In this document: one piece after another, positions 10,420 through 24,599 of the stretch
Layout of the letters: every line of letters starts with the position of its first letter
Numbering within the stretch: the stretch's first letter is position 1
NCBI RefSeq assembly: GCF_009834535.1
Contig: NC_045697.1
Span: 93,312,001-93,376,000 of the forward strand
DNA from: Camelus ferus
Lineage: Eukaryota
Direction of reading: 5' to 3'
DNA length: 64,000 nucleotides
Translations under genes and position numbers: made by a program
The notes under the pieces: generated by a model
The model's input: only the letters and a program-made list of their open reading frames with translations
The model's database searches: none
Told to the model about the DNA's origin: nothing

Positions 10420-13400
10420 TATTTTCTTACAATTGGACATTTTGATGTACTGAAGACATAGAATACCAGTGTTTGAAAAATCAAAATGAGAATTTTTAAA
10501 GGGCATTTTACTTTGCAGAAGTAATAAAAAATTTTAAAGATTAAAAGATAATACAGCCATTCTTAAGGACATTTCTTATTGTTAACTTTGGAAATAAAAC
10601 AGCTCACTTTCAAAATGTTTGCACAGAGAAACACTGCCCATTTACTTTGTTACTGTACTTTGAATTACTAGCAATGATACATTTCAAAAGGAGCTTTTTT
10701 CAAGTGTAGTAAAAGTTATTCTCTCATGGCTATCCAGGAAAAATAAATATTTTTCTCTGATTTGCAAAAATACCAAAGTAGTTCTAAACTCATCAGCATT
10801 TTGATACTGGTCTGAAAAATCTTATTGGAATCAGGAAATCACCAAAGCATCACAAAAAACAAAAACAAAAAACCTGTTACAGCTTAGTATTATCAATGAC
10901 TTGTGAGATTCTGGAGAAATAAAAATGCTATGTTATAATGACCAAGATAGTTGGGGAAAAAATGGAGAAATTAAGAAAAGCGTACTTATAGATGTGGTAT
11001 TACTGAAATAAAAATAATCACATGCCACAAACGATCAGTACAATTACTAGGTAAACCTTCCCTTGTAGCTGATTGTTTTACTGTTACTACCATGTACACT
11101 CCACTCATTTCATTAATATATGAAGATAACATTCACAAAGATAACATGTTCGATGAATAAATCCATCCACTAATACATTAATTAGCTGAAGTCAGAGCAA
11201 TGATGAGATGCTGAGAAGGAAATAATTTGAGAAAAAAAGTGAATGTTGGTAGGATGTTTTTATTTTTGGGTTGCTTTTCACTTTGAAAGGTGTGTTAACA
11301 TAGAAAAAACAATATCACAGTACTCTAATAAATTCCAAACTTAAAAAATAATCTTAGTTCCTGTAAGAAAAGTGAAGTGTTTCATGGAAGTATTTTAGAT
11401 GTGGGAAGTCCAGACACATTGGAAACAGACGAGTGATTAAAGGAAGCTGGAGACAGGTCTTCATCTTTGAATAGAACACTCTTTCCAGTAAGCCAGTGAT
11501 TCTCACAATTTTCAATTTTTCTAGCACAATTTTTTCAAGCCATATTTAACCTAGAAGTAGAAACAAATAAAAGACACAGAATTAGAGCTAATTTTGTTGA
11601 ATCTGGGTTGACCCCCCAGAGCACAGTTAAGAAATGATTACATTAAGCTAAACATATGCAGAATTCCTGTAAATTTCAATGCAGTAGACAAAAACTATAA
11701 GTAATGTGAAACAGCCATAGCATGTTAAGCATAATATACACATTCATTGTGTTTATTTAACAGAATAGCCCTCTATCAATTCTTTGTGTATGATAAAATT
11801 TCCCTTTGCAAATACATTTCAGAAAGCAATATATTTCACCAAAACAAAGTTATAAATGTAGCAAAATGATGAGTAGAATACCTGTAATCACAACTTCCAA
11901 GTACACCAACTTGTATTTATATAATACTAGACAGTTTTCTGAGTGTCCAGGCATTATAGGACTTTTCACTAAGTAAAATTTCATAAGCACTTTACCTTGA
12001 ATGATATTCCAAAAAGTGGCAATTTCTTAAGTCATCAAAAGGATTATTGAAGTCACTAAAAATCTTGGGTGAAGTATTTTAAAAATCTCACCTTTTCATT
12101 CTTCTCAACGAGACTATCAGGAATGAATCTCTGTGTGTCATGTTCCTGTTTATCTCTCACTTTGATGAATCTATTACCATCTTTTACCACCATATGGTAC
12201 TGCATCTCTACCAGACCTACTCTCCTCTTCTCCATCTCACAGCTTGATAGGTCTTCTTGGATGGTTGTGCTCTGATAAACAAATGCTTCCACGTTTTCAG
12301 TGAAAACTGAGACCCAGTGTGCCTGGGAAATAGAACCCCACAGCTCTTTCAGCAAGATGCTGCCTTTTGCCCATCCCAGCTTCACATACCTAATGATCAA
12401 GAGGTTGGGTACGTATGTTTTTGATTTTTATTTGTAGCTGCCAGATTATTGTTCCTTCCCTCTTCAAATAAACAAACACATAAGCATTGCCAATGAACTT
12501 TGCCCTCGAACTGCTAATGAATGACATTTATCTATATCAAGCCTCCCATTTATTTATCTATGCCAAGTTTTCCATTTCTGAGTGCTCTTTCTAATTGTTT
12601 CATCTTTTTCCACCATGACACTTCTCCTTTTGGCTTTCAAAGACATTCTGTCAACTGAAACCCCATTATTCTCTAGTACTTTTACATCAAACTGTTAACT
12701 CTTCAAAAAAATCATACCCCTTAAATTTCTTGACCATCACATTTGTAATAAGAAGGAATTTCCTTCTTCCTTGTTTTGGAGAGAAAGTGTTTCTTACTAT
12801 TTAAAAAGTGATTAAAATATTTTACTCTTTGATCATCTCTACTGCCCATTTAATCCATCTCCACTTGTCCAAACCTACACTAACAAAGATTTTTGACCTC
12901 TTGAAGATCATCATTCTATAGACTCCACTATCATGCTTCTTTTCCTTAGACTTACTACTTTTCTTCCCTACCTATTCAGGAAAAATTGCATACTCCATCA
13001 TTATAATTACCTTAATGATAGGGTATTAGGAAAATAAATTTTTGTAGGATGTAGTTGTCTAATAAGGAAATATTGCTAAATCCAATGGTTTATTTTAGAC
13101 ATTTTCATATGTATTTTTCCTAAGTAACTTTGTAAGTAGCTCTTTGATCCTGTGAATCTATCCAGATTACTTAATTTAATTCTTAAATGTACTTTTCATG
13201 TGCAGTGAAGGGTGTGTGAATTGTTTAGTCATTTCAGTTCAATCCAATCCTACTATTATCTGCCTATATTGTACTGAATCTTTTCCATATTTCTGGATTG
13301 TAGTTTTCACCATTCTGTCATATTTATTTTTGGTGTATTTGTTATATCTGCAGGAGTACACAAGCTGTATTATAATACATCCTCTTGGAACAGTATCTAA

Positions 13401-16400
13401 CTTTTGAGTTGAATGCTTCATTCTTGGGTAAAAAATATTTATGTATTTAAGTATATTTTACAGCGTGTTCAAAGAGTATAGTCAAAATCCTTAGGAAGGA
13501 TGAATTCTTATTTCTATGATTTGTGACAAAACCACAATAAAATTACTAAGTTTGCTTCTTAATGTTAAATCTGAAATTGTAAAGAATTGTTATTTATATT
13601 CAACTTTCCACTTATCATTCACTCAAGGAAAACTTCCATATTTTTACACTGACATCATTCCATAAACTCTATAAGACTGATTTAACCAGAAGATATTTTT
13701 AATCCAAATTGGGAAGGTCTAAAACCCACATGGCATCGTTTCAATTCAGTGTGTTAGAGCAAATTGAATTGTAATCTTTTGAGCATGTATTCAAGGCCAT
13801 TCTTAAAGCATGTACAGCTGTAGTAACAAAAGATTTGTCTGAGTCTGCTTTGCTTGTTCGCTTTTATAAGTGGCTTGAAAATGGTAATTAAAATCTCATC
13901 TAAGATCATTTGTGAAGAATCCTGTAAGGTGACATTTAATTCCTATATTCTGAACATGATAGTGACTGTTGATTTTTCTTGGAAGTTTTCAAGACAGTTT
14001 TCAAAGGTACGTGACAATATTTGAGGGAAAAAACAAATCTCAAAGTTTAAAAGAGTAAGCTGTTCCTTGTGTCCAAAATTGCTTATTTTGTGTGTCTTTT
14101 TAAGTCTCTTGCAGAAGTTTCTATTTGATTTTTTTTTAATTGATTTTTTAAAATTCCAGGGTCATGGACATAACCCTTATGGTATGTTCTATTACCTATT
14201 GTTTAGATCCAGAGTATGACATGAATTTGATTTTATGATGCTATGTTAAGAGACATAATAGGCTAATACAATTTTCTGCTGAAATTCATATGATTTACTA
14301 TTATTAAAATATATTGAGTTGCCCGGATAAAAATCTTAACTTTTGTAAATCTTACCATATAAAATAAAATAAGATATTCTCCCTCAACAAATTAATATCC
14401 CAGGTCAGTTTTAGAATATTTCCAAACAATTAAGATCTTATTTTTATCTTAGACAATGTTAACCAGAATTCTTTTTCCTATTTTATTTTTGTCTTTTCTT
14501 TTTTGTTTGTTTTTATGTCTTCCCTAGATGTCCTCTTTTTTAAGCAAATGTGAGGAAGGTAGGCACCTCCCATCTTAGAATTATGATGTAAAAATAAACT
14601 TTGTGTGATTTTGCCAAAGCTTTTAATGCTGAGTTAATAGAAGATAAGAAGTGGGAAAAATGCAAAATGAGTTCAAGAACTTTGAGAGCAAGTGTTGTAA
14701 CTTTCTAGTTAACGTCAGTGTTAAGTAAACCTTTCACAGTGAGGTTCCAAGCAAGCCTGAATAGCTGGCAGAAGTCCTGGACTTCATATTAATTTTGTGC
14801 CATATGATGTTTAAGTTCTTCGCTCACATACTACCACAAAGCCATTTGAAATTTAGAGAATATTGATAAATCATATGAATTTTACCTTATAGTTTTAATT
14901 TTACTGTCCACATGTAGGCACTATAGGGACATACCTGAAGGAGTAAAGCATTGAGAAATATGTGTAGGTTTGGATATTGGCCTGTGGTAGCAACATGGAG
15001 CAATAAGATGTGGACTGAATTCCTCTGCTTATTGTTTAAAACAGGTCAAAATCTCTTTGAAATGAGGGAACACTAGAGATTTTGAAACTATTAAATTGGT
15101 GTATGCATCTCAAAAGGAAGATGATGAATTTATTACAAATAAGACGTAGGGGAGAGCAGACCCAAAGGTATAATTAGATTTTTTTAAATGATAGAATTCA
15201 TTTGCAGATTTTAAGAAAAATCTATTCTAAAGTTGCTTTATGTTTCTTATCAAATTTTTCTATACTAGGATTTATTTTACTTCTAAATTTGATTTGATTT
15301 TTAAATCAGTTATAAAAATTACCTCAAAGTTGAATTAACAATTTACTGCTTTTTTTTCTCATAATTTTTTTCTGCCAATCAAACTATAGATAATCCATTC
15401 TTGTCCCAATTTTGGCCATAATGTTGTGGAAAACCATTATACAATTTGCCAGTTAAGCAATAAATTTATGTTACAACAAACATAAGATGGAATTTTGCAA
15501 AAAATCAAAAGAACATAAGAAAGAAAAATTAAGTACAATCATGATCAATATAATGTCATTAAATATTTTCAACATTTTGTACCATACACTTCCTCAGATA
15601 AGAAATCAATACATTCATCAATGCTGAATGTCTAAAATTAACATTGAATAAATTACAAATAAAATGTTTAACTCCAAATAATAAAAATCAATTTAAATAT
15701 AGTTCCTAATTGTAACTATAAATCTTTGAAAATGTTGATAGCACATACTAATTTTTAAATTTAAAATAAACATAGCTTGCATTATTACTATTATAAATTT
15801 GAACACTTTGGGCATTGTTAATTGAGCATTACTGAGTTATAATTCACATATAAAATTTTAGGAAATTTTAAGAATTTTTTTCTCTCTTTTTGTACCATCT
15901 CTTTGAATAGAATTCCAATCTGCATACAAATTTGGCATGATTTTTAGTTGATACCTATTCAGAAAAATATTTTAATAGATCATTCCTTTTTCTTCTCTCT
16001 CAGAGTACTTATATATATATAAATTTTTTTAATTCTTGAAGTTCTAGGACTAGTGCACATATCTTGTTCTGATTATGCATCTCTGTGTTGATAAATAATT
16101 CATGATGCAACCAGTAGACTTAACTCCTCTCATTATTTTGCACTTATAATAATAAATTTGTATCAATGTTTACTTCAAATTAAATGATAAATTACTTTAT
16201 TTTTACTTTTATGTACTCTTCTTTTTGAACTTTATTTAATATTGTGTTTATGTGATAACCTCTAAAAAATATACATCTATTTTCTATCGTTTGATATTGG
16301 AAGAAGCAAGAACCCAACAATTTTTAATTATAATTCATAAAGGCATGTATTTAAATATAGATGATGGAAATGGATTTTTTGTTTTAGATGCTGTAATATA

Positions 16401-18499
16401 AGCCATGTTATTCAGGTTATTTCAGGATTTTTAAGTTTTCAAATACAAGCTATTGCAATACTTATTTGGAATATCTTTCAATAGTAATTCATCTTAATAT
16501 ATAGTAGTTACATGTATAGGAGGCTCCACTAATTAAAGACAAGCAAAATAAGAATTTTAGTTCATAGATTTTTAATTATATACTTCTTCTGATATACTTT
16601 CTCATGGGAAATTATAGAACTGTTTTGAAAAACTGATCACAAATTTCCAGTTGGGAGGAGAATGTTGGGTATGACACTACTCTGTAAGGAAACTGTTTCC
16701 ATAACGGAAACCCCTTGGATCAGAACCAAACTCCTACTTATCTGATCATGTGGACACTGTCTAGGTTTAGGTATATAGTTATAGCTATAGCTATAGAGGT
16801 AGATATGTGAAATAATGTTAAAAAATATCCTAAATAAACATATTTTAATGTCCAGATACAGTTTGAAAGTTAATTTTTCAATCATTCAAGGTGGAGAGGA
16901 TTTTAATATAATTTATAAAAATTCATCTTTTCCTTTTAAAAGACAGTGTTTTTTTATTCTTGTCAGGTGAGAAAGTAAAAATTCACAAATTCAAAATTCC
17001 CCTTTTATCACAATACCTATTTTGAATTTTTATTGTTAAAATAATGCACAAGTTGAAGTAGTGGTTATCATAGTAAGAAAATATATTTATTCAAGAATTT
17101 GATATGTTATCTTACATACAAAATCACCAAATAAATATGGTTGCTACTGATGAATTTTTACCTGATTATTTAATATATTTCTTTCTCTCAAAAGAAGAAT
17201 GATTAAATGAATTAAACAACAGTTAAACGTTAGATTCAGTAGGAACATTATGTGCTGTCTCTGCATACTTCTTTATTTTCAAGGTCAATCATTGCATAGA
17301 AGACATTTAATTATTTCTTTAGAAGACAAAACATAGTACTAAATCTTGAATAAATTTGTTAATAACTAGAATACATTCAAAATATATTTTAAAAGGAGTA
17401 GTACAATTCCATTTTAACATGCATGCAAGAGGTTGTCATCAGAGTATAAAAAAGGAAAAATACATTAAAAATAAAAACATTCCAAAACCAAAAACTCATT
17501 TTAAAAAAGCCAAAACAATAACAATGAAAATAGGCCAAAAATATCTCTGCTTTTATTTTATTTGAAAAACAAAACAAAACAAAAACAGAGCTAGGTGTTT
17601 CATGGGTTCTTCATTGTTGATTTTGCTGGATTAAGTAATTAGACTTTTAACTTTTTTCTCAATACTACCCCAGTTGTCTAACCTCAAACTTAGAACTTAC
17701 CATCAATTTCCCCCTTTATTTTTCCACCAATCACACACACAGTGATATCATTCCACCTATAATCCAATGAATGCTTTATTCTTTTTCAGATATCCACTTT
17801 GTATTTGTATTTTTCATTTTTAAAAAATATTTTTCCAAATATTCGCCTATAATAAATGTATTTTTAAAATAGTGTATTAATAGAAAATCCAAGGTACAGT
17901 TTTCCATCATTTGTGCCTGCTTTCATGAGCAGGATACCTATGCATTTGCTCTTCCTTTTTCTTTTCAAATTCAGAAATGAAAAGAAGAGGCAGAAATTGC
18001 CATAAGCTGATTACTCAGAAACCCTAGGCATTCTGTCAAAACCTAGTTTGGATGATGATGAACAATACTTAATATTTTATTAATATCAATAAGTGCATTC
18101 ACTTGGTAGCAAGATTTTGTCTTGATTTCTAAGTCACTGACCTTAAATAAGAAATTTCAAAACAGAGACCTTCTGAAATATTATCATTTAGGTCATGCCT
18201 TGCTTTAAACAATCTTTTAAAGTTATTCTTAATGTTTAATCCATCATACTCTGACTTTCTCCATAGGAAAAGAAAATTTAAATCTCCTGGACAGCAGAGA
18301 ACAAACTGTCAGAAAAATGAAACTGTTTTATAATAGCTGTACTTCTACAATGCAGCTCTGAACCAAACTGTCACTTCAGTTGCTTCACATTCTTAATCGA
18401 AAATATTTACCTTCGGGCTTTGAGCATGAGAAAAAATACTCTTAAGTTTACCGATTTACATAAGAAGAAAATCCACGTATAAGTTTCATTAAAAGAAAC

Positions 18500-18932
18500 T
18501 GGTGGTGCAGTTAAATAAGGGTTTAGATACTCTTTACAGAGTTGTTGAAGGGGTGAGAAAGAACACAAAAGAGTATATATAGTACCCTTGATTAGTGACA
18601 GTGAAGATTTTAATCACACGTTGGCTTAAAGGGACAGTAGCAGGGCGAGTTGACTGAACTGCAGAAGCTGCTGGTAGAAGCAGCTTGAAAGGAGCAAAAA
18701 TCTATGCTGTAGGGACAAAGCCAGTCACTGGTTGGGAGTCAGAGTTAAAAATACCTTGATCTTGCTCTCTTCCTTCCCTCATATCTAAATCATTCGCTCT
18801 ACCCCACTGAATTCACCCAACAGACAGAGGAAAAAGGAGTGTCAGTTGATAGAGTCCATTCCAAGCTGCTTCCAGGACAGAAAGTAAAGGGAGAAGCGAA
18901 GAGTAGAACTGGAGGGGCAAGTACATGGCCAC
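18500..18932. mobile_element. Old MaLR (MLT1-like) LTR
   Basis: Purine-rich gtcagttgatagagtccat...ggagaagcgaagagtagaactggaggggcaa end typical of old MLT1 LTRs. Confidence 0.45.
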
Positions 18933-19559
18933 AAAGAAGGATATTTGTGTTGTTCATTTGACCTCTTGTATTTTAGTGTGCTTATTTTATGTTTTAAGAA
19001 TATTTCAGCTTTCTTCTTCTATATATTCGTTCAGGCATTATTCAGTGAGAGATGATCACATGTGTATTCTTTATTTCAGTGATCTCATTTTTAGCCTTTC
19101 TCTTTTCATTTTTCTATGGATGCAACAATTTGTATCCCTCTGGGGATATCAGTTGTATTTATCTGAAAGTCCTCATTGCTTTTTACTGTCATTCTTCTTT
19201 TATTGTGTAGACCCTTCTCTTGTTTGTTTTATTTTAAAATTTGCCTTCTTTACTTATAATTTTGGCATGTCTGTAAATGACTCTTGATCTTTCTTTTTGA
19301 CTTTGTGTTTATTTTTAAAAGGGGAATTTATGCCAGACTCCTTGTTTTTACTGGGCAGTGTGCTTGGCAGGGAATAGATTTTCATGCTACTGTAGCCCAT
19401 ACTTTGCCTCGTTTGCAATAGGAGCTTTTTTCTGTCAGAGAAGGAAAGCCATGCCAATTAGGCAGTGCATATGTAGATGTTACCAGCTGATCGCTGCTCT
19501 TTATTTCCAACCCAAGTTCCCACACTTAGTACACCTACATAGGATATGACTCACTGTCA

Positions 19560-20900
19560 CTTTGCTTTCTTAAACAAGACTCAGAAATCAATAAGCATAA
19601 AAAAACTTGATTAATTTGATTACATTGGACTTAAAGTCTTCTAAAAAAGTTATAGTAAATCATAAACAGATTTCAAAGATAGTTGACAAACTAGGAGAAA
19701 GTAATTAAAACATATGTGACAAAGGATTGTAGTAGGACACCTAGAAATCATTTAGGAAAATAAAAATATCTGAATAGTAAAATGGTAAAAGCATATAAAC
19801 AGAAGAATCAAAGGAGGAGGTCCAAAGACCTCTAAGTGTATCAATAATCAGGTAAAGCAAATTGAACTTATGAGATAGAACATTTTAGTTTGGGATGCAA
19901 AAGAACAAATCAGACACATCTGTGAAGTTTAAGTATTAATTATTAAATTGATAATGTAAAACAAATTAAAGTACAAATTAGGATGTTGTCAGCACCATAG
20001 AATCTTCTACGTGCCCGTTCCTGAGAGAAGTACTTACTACTTTATCTTTTAGTATAAACAATATACTTTAGTTTTGCCAGCCTTGACAATTTATATGAAT
20101 TTTTGTATCCTTTGGTGACACATTTTTTTATTCAACATATATTTATAACATATACCCTTATTGTTGTAACAGCTATAATTTTCCCTCCTCTTTAGTATTC
20201 CATCATTTATATAGATTACAATTGGTCTCTTCTGTTTCTTATACACATTTGGGTTGTCTGCAACTTTGGATGCTTAGGAACAAAGTTGATATGAAAATAC
20301 TTGGACATGTGATCTGAGGAATATATGCATATGTTTATCTAGGACATATAACTATCCAAGGAATTTTAGAGGCAAAGATAATGTGGATTGTTTATTTCAT
20401 TAGAGACTGACAAAATTTTCCCCCAAATCAGTTATATCAATTTACACTTCTTCCTGTGGTATTTGAGATTTCATGAAATCATATTTTTCTTCTATCAGCT
20501 AAGCAAAAAAGTTGAAAGTTTAAAATATCAAATTGCCATCTATAAGGGGAAACCACTTTAAATGGTAACTTTTGACATTAATTAAATTTTACAACATGCA
20601 TATCTTATAAATTATGTTCCTTTAAATCACCATGTGTCTTAGAAAAATACTAACACATGTGCCCATAAAATATTGTGCAAGGCTGTCTATTGCAGCTTTT
20701 TTGGGTAATATTCATATCTTTGTAAATATATTAAATGTCTATCAATCAAGAAATGGCTAAACTACAGCATCTCAAAGGGTTAGCAGAATGATACAGGTTA
20801 ACATGTGCTGAATCAGTAAGATTTAAAAAGCATATTAAGTTGAAAACTAAAAATACATTTTATGCTTAAAAATACACAATGTACTAGATTATCAAATCAG
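19560..20900. mobile_element. Cluster of old L1M fragments in both orientations
   Basis: ORF2-3' motifs on plus (ttgattacattggacttaaagtcttct; aaatggctaaac) and 3' UTR motifs on minus (catttgggttgtctgcaacttt; atcaatttacactt). Confidence 0.55.
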
Positions 20901-20990
20901 ACTGATATGCATCAGAGATCTTATACAAACATAACCATTTCAAAGATAAAAATTATGGCAAAGAACAAGAAGAAGGAGGTCAGGTCATAC

Positions 20991-21545
20991 TGTGAGGCTC
21001 CCTAGCCCCCTTCTTCCCAAGTTAGACAGGCTCTGGTCAAGGATAACAGATGATATTTCTAAGTAAACTGTTCAGGCACATCACTTATCCAGAAGAGACA
21101 TTTAAATCATGAAATACCTTTCTGTCTTTGGATGATCCACAAAAGTAGGCTTCATAAGTCAAAGGATTTTAAGTTTGTTTACCATAAACAATCCCAGAAA
21201 TAAATGTACATTCTGCTAAAAGCATTCCATTGACGAGGAATTTACCTCTGGAAAAGCATTTGTTTTTTTGCCTGGAGGTCTGCCAGAAGCATGTTTAAAA
21301 AGAAGTCTGCCCTCTTTCATTGTCTCCAGTATGTTCCCTCCTAAAAGGAGTGGATGAATGGCAGACTAGTTGTTTATCCGTTTTCTTTCTAGATGGTTTT
21401 TAGGCAAAGCATGTGATAGTATGTTTTCCATAAACTTAGGTGATTGCTTTGGAAAATGCTGGAATTGTGCAGACCATGCTGATAATAGTGACTGGGAATA
21501 AACTAACACACAACAACTTTCTCTGTAATTCTTTGATACTTTCTC
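20991..21545 (+). mobile_element. Possible old ERV solo LTR
   Basis: Starts TG, ends CA, has AATAAA near the 3' end (~21497) and higher GC than its flanks; family not recognised. Confidence 0.3.
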
Positions 21546-21689
21546 AAGGATATAGTGTACATTCCTGTATTATTTGTATAATTAAAATGCATTTAATATA
21601 ATTTCAACATATGGTAATTATACTGTTTATTAGTAGAGCACTGCCCTTGCTTTTAGAAAACACATACAATAGAAATTATAGGTGAAGCA

Positions 21690-22006
21690 CAGGACTGCAG
21701 CTTATCCACTGAATCTGTACTACTTGTTTTTATATAGCCTGCAAGCTGAGATTGATTTTTACATTTTTAAATGATTGAAGAAAAGTCAACAGAAGCATAA
21801 TATTTCATGACATCTAAAAATTATATGAAACTAACTTAATTTTATAATAGCCAAGCTCATTCATTTACATATTGTCTGTGGCTACTTTTTGCCCTACATC
21901 AGAGAGTTGAGTAGTTGTGACAGAGACTACAATAAGGCCAACAAAGCCCAAAAATAGGTACTACATTGCCATTTGTAGGAGTAATAAATAATTTGTTGAC
22001 CCACTG
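21690..22006. mobile_element. MER58B-like hAT-Charlie element
   Basis: gatttttacatttttaaatgattgaag...aaattatatgaaa...gagttgagtagttgtgacagagac...tttgttgaccc. Confidence 0.85.
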
Positions 22007-24599
22007 GTGAATCATCATTATGTTTACAAGCAATTGTTCAATCAGTTCAACAAAATTTAAACACACCCAGACTGAGTTAAAAGTATATAGATATTCACTT
22101 TATCATCGCAACTTTTCATGTAATTTGACACATTTTTTAAGTTGTAGTTGAGGAAACTTTTTACAACTGATAAAAATTGCCAGATAACATAGTCTCAGCT
22201 TGTATTATATAACAACTTTTGGTGTTGATGTTGCCATAAAATCTTAGGAGGGAATCTGTCTCTAGGAAATAATGACTTGAACAAGGACAGGGGAGAAAGA
22301 CAGAAAATAGTATAAAATACAAGACAGAGTAAATTAAGGACAGTAAGTAAGGTGGGGATTTGGAGAAGTTCCCAAAATTATTTGGATAAAAAAGAGGCCA
22401 TCTATTTTTCCACAACATCCAGATAGATTTTAGTCCCCTTTGCTTCATACTCATGTACCATAGCATTTTCCAACCTTTATATGCCAATAATTTTTCTAAC
22501 TCATGATGAATCTAGCTCTATAGACTCTCTTTATCATTTAGACTAAAATTTAATTTACTTGAAGGGAAGAGCTATCTTACTCTTTGGTCTTTTTTAGAGT
22601 TGGAGGCATATTTGAAAATCATTATCCATGTGATAAAATTAAGTTAGATGGCCAATGGAAGCTTAATAATACAAAGATGATTGGATTATGTATCTTAGAA
22701 CTTTTCAGAGACTAAGAAAAAGTGATTAGTGAAAATATAGGAGAAGACAGGTTATAAATATCAAAATAATTTAGATCTGAAACTTTAAGAAGGCAGGGAA
22801 TATATTTTTTGATAGTCTGTATATTCTAATGATTAGTGTCATGCACACCACACCTTTTTTTTTGAATAATTATTGAATAGCTATAGAATGTCTTTATGGG
22901 ATAAACTGAGAAGGAGAGAAACTAGAGGAAAACCAGTTTGAAGTGTAAGATTAACTGACATGCAGTTGGTAAATTCAAGTAGGCAATGAGCTAACAATGA
23001 GCCCATTCAAATAATGAGCTAAAAAAATAAATAGCAAACAATTTTAATGGATAGAAATGCAACCTTTTTTTTTTTGTTTCTTTTTGAAGTTTATCCATTC
23101 AAGTAATATTTTAAAGAATGTAACTTTCTAGTCTTGCTTTTGTATCTCTACCAAACGCAAATAATTTTGGTCTTTTTTCTAAATATCATTGAGATGAACT
23201 TTGTAAGCAAATTTCTATGTTTGAATGCTGTTGATGAATGAATCTCAATGCTTGCTTGTAACCAGTATATTCTACTTCTTTTTCTGGGGAATAGAAACTT
23301 TTACCTTCAACCCAGGAGAGCTGTGGAATAAACTCTCCATTTATTTCCAATCTAAGCATATTTGATAAAACAGGCAGAGGAGTTGTGATCAAATATCAAC
23401 TTTATGTTTTTGTGATTGTTTAAGAGTTTGCACACATTTTTATACTTTTGACAGTTTAAATTTGGCTGAAAAATAAAATGGTAATTTAAATGTTTTTAAC
23501 TCATTCTTTTTATACCTTTGTTTTTATTCTCTAAAGATTTCTTGCTATTTTTCGTTTTTCTAGAATGATTAAAGAAGAAATTGGCTGACATACCAAGAAA
23601 TATTAACACAGAATCCTTCACTTGTACAGCACTTCTAAGTAATAGAGAAGTTGCAATTCCAATGTATTAAAACTCTGAGTTGTTTTCTATGTGTGTAGTA
23701 TTGAAAAATGCACCTATCAATTTTAACATCTTTTCTCCAGAAATTTCAGTGGCTAGCTAACAATCACTTTTTAAGGATTAGGACAATTTTTAAATAGAAT
23801 AATAGAAAAAATATGAAAGATACATATTTTTCTTTCTAGTATCCTGAGGATTATAAACCCTTACTCATAACATGTCTACTTATATTTTTTAAGATACATG
23901 GAAATGTTCTCTATTAGCAATAAATGGCATAAAAGTGCTTGTTTGGTGATTCCTTTGAAGACAGCTTTTAAAAAATTTGATTTGTTACAGCAAATGGTAT
24001 CATATGTATTTTGGCATTGTTTAAGTTGTGTCTGAAAAACTGGACATATGAGGTGGATACTAGGTTCAATCTTTATAGATTAAAAAAAGGGCATGATAGT
24101 AAAGCAGAATGGAGAAGGAATTGGGGGGATACAGCACTTTCCAAAATTAATAACAGATTCAGGCTTTTACTACACAGCTTAACATATTCTAACTTAATGA
24201 AATTATTTAAATTTTAAATTCTTTATTCTAGGTTATTAACAACAATAAAGTTTTTATATACCCCTGTCTATGGTAATATACTTTGAGAATTAAGATGAAA
24301 TATAAATAAATAAACAACCAAACCCTTTCTTTTGTTGTTTAGAAGGTAGTTTGCTATTATGAGACAAACTTGGTTCTAGTAAAATTTTAATTAGGCTATC
24401 TGATTTCTTTTGGTTATGCTATCCTCTTTGTAACTAATCCATCTTGTTAGTAATGTTTGTAGGAATAGCGTGTGAGTAAATGAGATGAAGCATGTTGTAG
24501 TCATTCAATACATATGGCTGCCATACATACAATGGCCAGCTGGTGGCCTGTCTCACTATTAGGAAAATAGTCTGTATCAGTCAGGAATAGCCTCATTTT

